Assembly (NCBI RefSeq): GCF_000619845.1
Contig: NZ_JHUX01000003.1
Coordinates: 400,064-432,063 of the forward strand
Reading direction: 5' to 3'
Source: Alkanindiges illinoisensis DSM 15370
GTDB lineage: Bacteria > Pseudomonadota > Gammaproteobacteria > Pseudomonadales > Moraxellaceae
DNA length: 32,000 bases
Positions 1 through 7,292 of the stretch are shown piece after piece. The notes beneath the pieces are model-generated. The model made no database searches. It was not told the origin of the DNA and worked only from the letters and a program-made list of their open reading frames with translations. A program made the position numbers and the translations under genes. How positions within the stretch are numbered: position 1 is the first letter of the stretch; each line of letters starts with the position of its first letter.

Positions 1-1
1 C

Positions 2-760
2 ACCCAGACGGGTCTGGGGGCCGGGGTAGGGTTAATGGCAGGTGCAGTGGCCGGGATGTTAACGGCACTGCTGTTTGCCATTCTTGCCCTGTCGCTGGCT
101 GCCAATCAGGCCGCCTGTGGTTTGGCACTCACCATTTTTGGGGTAGGACTGTCGGCGTTTATCGGACAAAACTTTGTCAGTACCAGTTTACCCGGCTTAC
201 AACCTTTAAGTATTCCCGGCCTGTCTGATATTCCCTTGATTGGCCCGATTCTATTTCATCAAACCTATGTGGTGTACCTGTCCATTATTACCTTGTTGCT
301 GGTCTGGTGGGTATTGGCAAAAACCCGTTTGGGGCTGTTGCTCAAGGCAGTGGGCGAGTCACCTGAATCGGCGCATGCCATGGGCTATCATGTGCTGGCC
401 ATCCGTTATGGCGCAGTGCTGTTTGGTGGTGCAATGGCCGGGATTGGTGGTGCATTTTTATCGACCGTCTATACACCGCTATGGGTAGAAAACATGGTGG
501 CTGGCCGTGGCTGGATTGCCATTGCGCTGGTGGTATTTGCCACATGGAAACCGTTGCGCCTGATGCTGGGTGCTTATTTGTTTGGCGGGGTGACCATTCT
601 GCAATTTCATGCACAGGCATTGGGCATTGAGGTCCCTGTCGAGGCACTGGCTGCACTGCCATATCTCGCCACTATTATTGTGCTGGTGATTATTTCCCGT
701 GACCATAAATTACTGCGCATGAACCTGCCAGCGTCACTGGGTAAATCATTTTTGCCTTAA
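2..760 (+). CDS. ABC transporter permease, C-terminal part; the gene starts upstream of the window. BMP/nucleoside or simple-sugar type, YufQ/RbsC-like.
   Basis: The reading frame is open from base 2 with no stop before the listed ATG at 35. The protein is highly hydrophobic and multi-TM. It has the cytoplasmic loop LKAVGESPESAHAMGYHV typical of this permease family. Confidence 0.75.
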   Translation, partial: TQTGLGAGVGLMAGAVAGMLTALLFAILALSLAANQAACGLALTIFGVGLSAFIGQNFVSTSLPGLQPLSIPGLSDIPLIGPILFHQTYVVYLSIITLLLVWWVLAKTRLGLLLKAVGESPESAHAMGYHVLAIRYGAVLFGGAMAGIGGAFLSTVYTPLWVENMVAGRGWIAIALVVFATWKPLRLMLGAYLFGGVTILQFHAQALGIEVPVEALAALPYLATIIVLVIISRDHKLLRMNLPASLGKSFLP

Positions 761-844
761 ACCGGTCGCAGCTCATCATTTAAATAATAACTTAATACAG
801 TATTGCTGGCATCAAGTTCCGCTAAATAAAAAGGACAGTACTAA

Positions 845-883
845 AGCCTGAAATCAAAATGTATGCTTATTGAATTTCAGGCT
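845..883. terminator. Hairpin between convergent genes (permease + / fic -), a possible bidirectional terminator
   Basis: AGCCTGAAAT (845-854) pairs with ATTTCAGGCT (874-883). The loop is 19 nt and the flanks are AT-rich. Confidence 0.4.
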
Positions 884-930
884 ATTGATGAAATTTAATA
901 AGCATTATTTTGTCTGTTTATTATTTCTTA

Positions 931-1665
931 TTATTTTAGTCCCAATACCTGCTGATAGGGCTTAAAGCCTTCCATCACAGCATTGGCAATCAGTTGAATA
1001 AAGGGTTTGATACTTTTAGAAGTTGTCCACTGATCCAAAGCCTCATAATAGGCTAACCGGTTTTCAACGGTAATCACACAAGGAGGATAACCGGCTTTCA
1101 TCAGTTCCAGATTCATCAGTAAACGGGATGTCCTGCCATTGCCATCAATAAAAGGATGAATGCCAACAAAATCTGCATGAACATAAGCAGCCCGTTCAAC
1201 CGGATGAAGATGAGCGGCCTGTTGATGATACCACTCAACAAACTGATTCATTTTGTCAGCAATCACTGTATGGTCGGGTGGCGTATGGGAGGCACCCGCA
1301 ATCAGTACATTGTTTTGCCGATAGCGACCAGCATTTTCATCATCAATATTTTTTAGGACTAACTGGTGAATATTACGGATTTGCCACTCTGAAAAAGTCT
1401 CATGCTTTTTAATAATATCCTCAACAAAAAAAATGGCATTACGATGGTTAATCGCTTCAAAGTGTTCACGGATTGCTTTACCACCCACCGTAATGCCTTC
1501 TAAGACAACCTTGGTCTCAAGCAAGGTAAGCGTATTGCCTTCAATGGCATTGGAGTGATAAGTCCAGCGTAACACCAAATCATCGTGCAGGTTCTTGACC
1601 ACCGCACCCGGCAGAGGACGGTGATTATCAAGCTGATGCTTTAACTGATCGATTCGTTCAAACAC
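931..1665 (-). CDS. Fic-domain protein (AMPylase family), class II with an N-terminal inhibitory helix
   Basis: It carries the canonical Fic active-site motif HPFIDGNGRTSRLLMN (HxFx[D/E]GNGRxxR). The auto-inhibition motif [S/T]xxxE[G/N] is present upstream as SNAIEGN. The start codon is GTG. Confidence 0.9.
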   Translation of the reverse strand: MFERIDQLKHQLDNHRPLPGAVVKNLHDDLVLRWTYHSNAIEGNTLTLLETKVVLEGITVGGKAIREHFEAINHRNAIFFVEDIIKKHETFSEWQIRNIHQLVLKNIDDENAGRYRQNNVLIAGASHTPPDHTVIADKMNQFVEWYHQQAAHLHPVERAAYVHADFVGIHPFIDGNGRTSRLLMNLELMKAGYPPCVITVENRLAYYEALDQWTTSKSIKPFIQLIANAVMEGFKPYQQVLGLK

Positions 1666-2244
1666 GCCACTGACCTAAAAAAATCATTCTCTTGATCATA
1701 CCTGATATGCCTAAAATGAAAAAATAAAGTTTTATGGTTAATATCAAAAAAACCTTAATTATCAAAGGACAAATATTGCTACTTTTGAAGAGTGTGTAAG
1801 AGCTTATAGTTTTGATAAAAAATAACTGATTTACGCTACTAAATTATAAAATAAGTAATTGATATTTAAAGTTAATTTTTCTTAAAACTGTGTTCTTGGG
1901 TGTTTCTAATAAAAGTGTACCTTGTAGTATACCTTATTAAGAAAATTATAGAAAAATTCAATGAAATCAGTAGTAAAATACTGCTGCATCGTGGGGAGGT
2001 GTGAACTGATATCGAGCATGGGATTGGTGGCGTTCACTGGGTATAAAATCCTCTGGAAACAATAAGAACAGATAAGTTATGCATGCGTTAATTTTTCGCA
2101 GCTATTCGATAAGAATCACTTTGTTCCTTAAAAAATATATTTTTTCAAAGGTGAAATAAAGTTATCGAAACCTAAAAAACACGCGGTATTGCATTTATAT
2201 TTTATTTTATCAAATTTAGGGGTGTTAATGAAAAGGAATAAGTC

Positions 2245-2486
2245 ATGCAAGATGTGAGCGTTAAGCGCAGGGTAGCCTTATCCACTTGTGCCATTGAAAA
2301 AATGAAAGCAGGCGATACCGATAAAAGTGATATTGGTGAGTATATTGGTTTAAGAGTAATGTGTAGCAAAGCTGGTGCAAAAAGCTTTGTCTATCGTTAT
2401 CGAAGCCCTATTGATAATTCATTAAAAAAATAGCCCGTGGGGCATATCCTGCCATGTCGCTTGCAAAGGTCCGGGTATCCTTATAA
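2245..2486 (+). pseudogene. Remnant of a P4/CP4-57-type tyrosine integrase: N-terminal DUF4102-like arm only, frameshifted and truncated
   Basis: Frame 1 (2245-2433) gives ...LRVMCSKAGAKSFVYRYRSP..., which matches the integrase N-terminal pattern (L.V..sG.K.w.yRYR). After the stop, a different frame (2439-2486) reads GAYPAMSLAKVRVSL*, matching the conserved lG.yP..SLa.AR segment. No catalytic domain follows. Confidence 0.6.
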
Positions 2487-2615
2487 ACAATTGATATTAA
2501 GATAAATAATAAATGAGCATTACCAATTTTACTTTAGTAATTTTTGGATTATTTCTGCGGATACTTAAGACCGAAAACGCACTTTGACTGCAATAAATCT
2601 CTAAAAGCATACTCG

Positions 2616-2644
2616 TTGCTATTATGTAGTTATTGCTATAGAAT
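2616..2644 (+). promoter_or_regulatory. Sigma70-like promoter of tetR with an embedded quasi-palindromic operator
   Basis: TTGCTA (2616-2621), 17 bp, TAGAAT (2639-2644). The spacer contains TGTAGTTATTGCTATA (2625-2640), which shares the TGTAG[C/T]TAT half-site with the palindrome at 3274-3289. Confidence 0.4.
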
Positions 2645-2675
2645 GGCATCATTGAATATTTATGGATGTAGTGTT

Positions 2676-3257
2676 ATGGCTGGCCGGCCCCGTCAGTTCG
2701 ATATTGAAAAAGCCACTGAGACTGCGCTGCATCTGTTTATCGAAAAAGGTTACGAAGGCGCATCATTTGCCGAGCTGGTCAAGGCAATGGGCATCAGTCC
2801 ACCCAGCTTTTACGCAGCCTTTGGAAGTAAGGAAGCACTGTTTCGCCGTGTACTGGAACGCTATGTAGTAAGCGCCAGAGCTGCCATGCGTGAAGCAGTG
2901 GCACAGCCTACCGCGCGTGAAGTCGTTAGGCACTTGCTGACTGCTCTAGCGACGGCCGCCACCAGCCACCCTACAGCACGTGGATGCCTATTGGTACAAA
3001 GTGCACTTGTCTCAAGCGATAATTCTGCGGATGTACGGGACGATTTGCGTCTGGAGCGTGAAGTAACGACTGCTGCACTAGCAGCCCGCTTTAGGGAAGC
3101 TGAACAGCGTGGCGACAAAACCTTACCAGGAAACCCGAATGCAATGGCACGACTGACAAGCATGATCCTTAGCGGTATTGCTACTCAGGCAGCCAGTGGT
3201 ATCGAATTTGAAGCATTGATGGGTGCAATCAATGCCTATGTTGACCAGTTCAGCTAA
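2676..3257 (+). CDS. TetR/AcrR-family transcriptional regulator
   Basis: The N-terminal HTH segment is RPRQFDIEKATETALHLFIEKGYEGASFAELVKAMGISPPSFYAAFGSKEALF. I chose the ATG at 2676 (MAGRPRQF). The listed ORF start at 2544 adds a Cys/Tyr-rich extension that is not protein-like and overlaps the predicted promoter. Confidence 0.85.
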   Translation: MAGRPRQFDIEKATETALHLFIEKGYEGASFAELVKAMGISPPSFYAAFGSKEALFRRVLERYVVSARAAMREAVAQPTAREVVRHLLTALATAATSHPTARGCLLVQSALVSSDNSADVRDDLRLEREVTTAALAARFREAEQRGDKTLPGNPNAMARLTSMILSGIATQAASGIEFEALMGAINAYVDQFS

Positions 3258-3270
3258 TTTTTTTAATCAA

Positions 3271-3292
3271 TTTTGTAGCTATAACTACAAAA
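3271..3292. promoter_or_regulatory. Palindromic operator candidate between tetR and mdaB
   Basis: TTTTGTAGCTATAACTACAAAA. The core TGTAGCTATAACTACA (3274-3289) is self-complementary at 14 of 16 positions. It lies 41 bp upstream of the mdaB start. Confidence 0.4.
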
Positions 3293-3332
3293 AACTGCCG
3301 AATACCCAAATATCTACTCATGGAGTAACACA

Positions 3333-3914
3333 GTGAAAAAAGTTCTTATTATCAACGCACACCTACCTTATTCATACTCACCGGGACAACTCAACGCGAC
3401 ATTGGTTGAACGGGCAGAAGCATACTTTCGCGGTAAAGGCTATGAAGTGGAAAAAACCATTGTCGCAGAAGGCTATGATGTTGCTATCGAAATCGAAAAA
3501 ATCAGGTCGGCAGATGTGGTCTTCCTTCAAATGCCTTTAAACTGGATGGGCATGCCCTGGACATTTAAGAAATATACCGACGAGGTGTGGAGTGCAGGAA
3601 TGTTTGGTATCTTGTCTAATACCGATGGCCGCAGTTCAGCGGCTCCCAAGGACAATTACGGCATGGGTGGCCTGCTGAAGGGGCGTTACATGCTGTCGGT
3701 AACTGCAAATGCGCCAGCTGAAGCCTTTAATGATCCTGCTCAAGCCTATTTTGCGGGACGAAGCGAAGATGATCTGACCTGGCCCATTGACCTGAACTTT
3801 AAATGGATTGGGCTTGAGAAAGTGCCATCGTTTTGGGCCTATGATGTCATGAAGAATCCTCAAATTGAGAATGACTTGGTGCGGTTTGATGCGCACCTGT
3901 CGACTCACTTTTAA
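3333..3914 (+). CDS. mdaB: NADPH:quinone oxidoreductase MdaB (flavodoxin-like fold)
   Basis: It is 193 aa, the same length as E. coli MdaB, and collinear with it as I recall the sequence (ILIIN...GQLN.TL...ADVV..QMP..WMG.PW..KKY.D.V...YML). The start is GTG, preceded by GGAG. Confidence 0.8.
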   Translation: MKKVLIINAHLPYSYSPGQLNATLVERAEAYFRGKGYEVEKTIVAEGYDVAIEIEKIRSADVVFLQMPLNWMGMPWTFKKYTDEVWSAGMFGILSNTDGRSSAAPKDNYGMGGLLKGRYMLSVTANAPAEAFNDPAQAYFAGRSEDDLTWPIDLNFKWIGLEKVPSFWAYDVMKNPQIENDLVRFDAHLSTHF

Positions 3915-4178
3915 TACCAGTTACCAGCACATGAGGAGTTCCCATAGCATTTAGCAATACAGCAGTCATCTTCGGCCCAAGCCCAGGCCCAGGCATCGGC
4001 GCGGCCACCACCCGTGAGTTCGCAGCACTTAGTCTACCGTTTTGCACCCGCGCTCGTGGCAGCAGGCGAGGGTTCGTTGCTCTTCACTGGTAACGGGTTC
4101 GCACTCACTCCAAAGGGCCATGGCTTTGGCACATTGAGCGCTGGCAAGTCTGCTGAGGCCGAGAGTTACTCGATCCGC

Positions 4179-4646
4179 TTACTCATCCGCCCGAATCCAG
4201 ACTACTGTTCTACCCAGCACACTGGTGCCTACATAACCGCGCATTTTCAAGCGGCGGCCATCAGGAGACAGTTTGGCTTTACCGCGATAAATCTTTCCAG
4301 AATCGATATCAAGTGCATATCCATCTGTATATTCATTAGCTTTGCCATTCGATTTTAAGCCCCATACCAATTTAAGACCAAGTAGTGGTTTATTTTGAAA
4401 AGGCGGTGGGCACTTGGTGCAATATGGATTTTCTTTGCGGAGGCTGTCAACAAACCGGTCAATTCTTACCGAAAATGTGCCGTCCGGTTCTTCAATGACT
4501 TCACTAATTGATTTAACCACACCGCTTTTAGAGTCGACGACTTTCCATTTGCCCACAATGTCATTATTGGCGAACAGAGCAGGTGAGTAAAACAATGCTG
4601 CCATGACAAGCAAGCTGTTTGTTAGAACTTTAATATTCATGATCAA
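4179..4646 (-). CDS. DUF2147-family periplasmic protein
   Basis: It has the signal peptide MIMNIKVLTNSLLVMAALFYSPALFA. The DUF2147 pattern is present: GKWK..D..sG..KS...I, C.KCP...NKPLLGL...W, G.I.D...GK.Y..K..L..DG..L..RGY.G.S.LGRT..W.R. Confidence 0.75.
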   Translation of the reverse strand: MIMNIKVLTNSLLVMAALFYSPALFANNDIVGKWKVVDSKSGVVKSISEVIEEPDGTFSVRIDRFVDSLRKENPYCTKCPPPFQNKPLLGLKLVWGLKSNGKANEYTDGYALDIDSGKIYRGKAKLSPDGRRLKMRGYVGTSVLGRTVVWIRADE

Positions 4647-4671
4647 TCCCTGAAAATTTATAACGTTAAAT

Positions 4672-4731
4672 CCTCAAAATCCAGAGTGATAAAAAACAAG
4701 TTATCTTGATTGTTAAATCTGGATTTTGAGG
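4672..4731. repeat. Perfect 14-bp inverted repeat, either a large hairpin terminator or an operator, between the ADC-like-1 stop and the DUF2147 start
   Basis: CCTCAAAATCCAGA (4672-4685) pairs with TCTGGATTTTGAGG (4718-4731). The 32-nt loop itself contains a CAAG-ATAA-CTTG mini-hairpin. Confidence 0.5.
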
Positions 4732-4792
4732 GGCGAGGGTTCATAGAAAAATCCCACACGTGATCTAATTCACATATGGGGTTTAATCAGTC

Positions 4793-5845
4793 TTACTTTG
4801 TCCCGTTCGGAGTATTAAAGGCTTTCAATGGCACTGGCATGTGGAGAGCCAGTTGTGCATCCTTAACCACATCAAGGCGCAATACTTTATTTGCGCCCAG
4901 TTCATCCAGTAAGCGGCTTAGTGGGCCACCATTTCGTACCAGTTTCACATTTCTGGGGAAAAGCTGTTGCCCAAATGACAGCGTGTTAGACTGCACTGAG
5001 GCCTGGTTCCACACGCCATCAATTTTGTGAATCATGGTTTTGGTTTCCAGATGCGATTGGGGTTTAACCTGTTTAATCTGGGGTAGTGGGGCAGTCAGGC
5101 TTAAATCCGTTTTGCCATTGGTGTCTAAAACACTGGCTTTGACTTGTGTCCCGATATTGACATCAATATTGGTGAGCCATTTGGGAAGCTGATAGCCATA
5201 GACACCACGGACTCGTGCAATTTCGGTATCGACTGGCAAGGCCAGCACGTGCCCGTAAAAATGACGATTACGCATGGCACCGAATAGTTCGGTTGCATTT
5301 AATCCTTTTGCATCAGGCTTGCGAATCACCACAGCTACCGAGACTTCATCGTACGGATCGGCATCAGCGACGGTATAGGAATAAAAGGTTAGTGAAACCA
5401 GTCCATATCCTGGAAAGGCCTGCAATGGTTCAAGCGGCGCCGGTAATTTTTCCCGTAGACGTGATACTGGGGCTAACATCAATAGCTGTACATTGCTGGT
5501 ACGATAATAAAAGTTTGGTGACCAGACTGGTCCAACCCGACTATTCACCAGTTTTTTTGGAATGCTCCGGAAAAAGTCAATATTTCCTGCGGCTGGGTCT
5601 TTGGCCACTTCATCCAGATTAGGGTTCATACGGAAACGGTCGTAATAGCCTCCTTTAGGCACTTTAACTTTCTGATTCCCGTATTCAATTTCGATAAATT
5701 GTTGGGGTGTACTGCTCATTGCTAGCGGTACTGAAGGATTGGCTTTAACGGCCTCTGCTGAATCAGTTGCATGCGCATGGGTAGCCATGAAAACAACCAT
5801 TGCTGTAGCTGACATCGAGTGCGGAAATTTCCAACGATTAAACAT
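4793..5845 (-). CDS. Acetoacetate-decarboxylase-like (ADC/beta-cone fold) family protein, paralog 1, with an N-terminal signal-peptide-like extension
   Basis: The segment ARVRGVYGYQLPKW resembles the ADC-family GRE..G.PK catalytic-lysine motif. YYRTSNVQLLMLAPVSRLREKLPAPLEP parallels the C. acetobutylicum ADC segment YRTDMDALRKVVPEPLE. The N-terminus is MFNRWKFPHSMSATAMVVFMATHAHA/TDS. An alternative internal start at 5719 (MSSTPQQ) would remove the signal peptide. Confidence 0.55.
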   Translation of the reverse strand: MFNRWKFPHSMSATAMVVFMATHAHATDSAEAVKANPSVPLAMSSTPQQFIEIEYGNQKVKVPKGGYYDRFRMNPNLDEVAKDPAAGNIDFFRSIPKKLVNSRVGPVWSPNFYYRTSNVQLLMLAPVSRLREKLPAPLEPLQAFPGYGLVSLTFYSYTVADADPYDEVSVAVVIRKPDAKGLNATELFGAMRNRHFYGHVLALPVDTEIARVRGVYGYQLPKWLTNIDVNIGTQVKASVLDTNGKTDLSLTAPLPQIKQVKPQSHLETKTMIHKIDGVWNQASVQSNTLSFGQQLFPRNVKLVRNGGPLSRLLDELGANKVLRLDVVKDAQLALHMPVPLKAFNTPNGTK

Positions 5846-5875
5846 TTCGGGCTTCTCATCATTTGTCCTGATGAA

Positions 5876-5906
5876 ATGCTAGGTTTAAAGCATGGTTGAA
5901 GGTCAA
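5876..5906 (-). promoter_or_regulatory. MerR-type promoter with 19-bp spacer (site S3), driving ADC-like paralog 1
   Basis: The minus strand reads TTGACC-TTCAACCATGCTTTAAACC-TAGCAT. The -10 ends 30 nt upstream of the ATG at 5845. Confidence 0.5.
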
Positions 5907-6206
5907 GCGTTTTAATAGAATGGCTGGAGTCTATGCTGTTATCAAATAATATTATTTAATTACAAAGACATAATTTGGGTTGAGGGGCATGGAGAGCCTA
6001 GGAAAAATTTATTTTTATGATGGATATACTTAAATATTACTTAAAACGATTCATTTATTCATGGGCAAGATTGTTTAGTGTAGGGCATAAGCAAATACCA
6101 GTCGAGTGAAGATTAGATGAATAAAGATCAGTGCATGTAAAAGACAACCTGTTTTTCCGCATCATGCGAGAAAGATGGGAAAAGCAGGCATGCTTTGCTG
6201 CAAATG

Positions 6207-7193
6207 CTATTGTTTTACAATTAGAGCCAGTTTACCGACATGCTGGCCTTGATCAAGCAGCTCATGGGCCTGCCGCGCTTCGCTTAACTCAAAGCTTTTA
6301 TACAGCAAGGGTTTTAACTGGCCTTGCGCAATGAGTGGCCATACTTTGTCCTGCAAGGCTGCCATGACTTCTGCCTTGGCTTCTGGGGTTTGCGAGCGTA
6401 ATGTTGCACCCAGGTGAGTTAAGCGTTTTGCCAGTAATGGAAAAAAATTAACCTGTTCGGCCAGTCCCTGCATCACACCTACTTGCAGGATGGTGCCATT
6501 CATCGCAGCCACCTCGTAATTACGCTGGATATAATTACCGGCAATAATATCCAGGACAAAATCCACGCCACGACCTTGGGTGTGCTGCTTCACCTGTTCG
6601 ACAAAATCATCTTTACGATAATTAATTGCCACATCAGCGCCAAGGGCAACGCTGGCTTTTTGGTGTTCGGCGCTCGAAACGGTGGTAAAAATCTGGGTTG
6701 CGCCAAATGCCCGGGTGAGCATGGTGGCGGTGGTGCCAATGCCAGACGTGCCACCATGAATCAGGATAGAGCTGCCCGGGCGCCATTTGGCATGCTGGAA
6801 CAAGTGTGACCAGACCGTCATGAAGGTTTCCAGCAAGATTCCACCTTCCACCAGTGTGAGGCCTTGCGGAATAAACAGCACGTTGTCCTGATGGGCAACC
6901 ACATATTCAGCATAACCACCGCCCTGAACCAGGGCACACACTTCATCGCCTGCCTTAAAGCTGCTGACCCGTTTTCCCACCTGTTTGACAATACCAGAAA
7001 CTTCCAGCCCCGGAATATCAGTCACTCCGGGAGGTGGATTATATAAGCCCTTACGCTGCATGACATCCGGGCCATTGATACCCGCTGCCACCACCTCAAT
7101 CAGTACACCATTATCGGTCAGTGCTGGCATGGGACGTTCACTAAGCTCAATGACTTCCGGCCCACCAGCGCCATTAAAAATAATACTTCGCAT
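6207..7193 (-). CDS. NAD(P)H:quinone oxidoreductase, zinc-independent MDR family (Qor/PIG3-like)
   Basis: It has an MDR N-terminal GroES-like domain (GVLIEVVAAGINGPDVMQRKGLYNPPPG..DIPGLEVSGIV). The Rossmann motif is IHGGTSGIGTTA. AGGAGA precedes the ATG. Confidence 0.9.
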   Translation of the reverse strand: MRSIIFNGAGGPEVIELSERPMPALTDNGVLIEVVAAGINGPDVMQRKGLYNPPPGVTDIPGLEVSGIVKQVGKRVSSFKAGDEVCALVQGGGYAEYVVAHQDNVLFIPQGLTLVEGGILLETFMTVWSHLFQHAKWRPGSSILIHGGTSGIGTTATMLTRAFGATQIFTTVSSAEHQKASVALGADVAINYRKDDFVEQVKQHTQGRGVDFVLDIIAGNYIQRNYEVAAMNGTILQVGVMQGLAEQVNFFPLLAKRLTHLGATLRSQTPEAKAEVMAALQDKVWPLIAQGQLKPLLYKSFELSEARQAHELLDQGQHVGKLALIVKQ

Positions 7194-7237
7194 TGATCAT
7201 CTCCTGATCCCCCGCTTGCCTATTTAGTTTTAGACAT

Positions 7238-7278
7238 TAAAAATAAACACAGGATTTGCGGGAGGAGCTAAATCCTGC
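7238..7278 (-). terminator. Rho-independent terminator after the aldehyde dehydrogenase gene
   Basis: The minus strand reads GCAGGATTT-(12 nt loop)-AAATCCTGT followed by GTTTATTTTTAA. Confidence 0.5.
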
Positions 7279-7292
7279 CTTTGCGGGTATGG

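Noticed and set aside
240-706. ORFs 240-488 (+), 342-662 (-) and 479-706 (-) inside the ABC permease gene
   Set aside because: They are alternative-frame or antisense shadows of a clearly coding membrane-protein frame. Their products are Trp/Cys/His-rich and not protein-like.
1666-2244. tRNA gene or att site beside the integrase stub, and a 34-codon ORF at 1961-2065
   Set aside because: No cloverleaf or T-arm/CCA-like sequence is visible on either strand. The small ORF has no SD, and its GC-richer core may only be an old att or gene fragment.
2544-2675. N-terminal extension of the TetR ORF (MDYFCGYLRPKTHFDCNKSLKAYSLLLCSYCYRMASLNIYGCSV)
   Set aside because: The TetR HTH begins right after the ATG at 2676. 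The extension is AT-rich, Cys/Tyr-rich and overlaps a good promoter (2616-2644).
4014-4358. 114-aa ORF on the + strand
   Set aside because: Most of it is antisense to the DUF2147 gene and the rest runs through the GC-rich patch. It has no SD and no recognisable motif.
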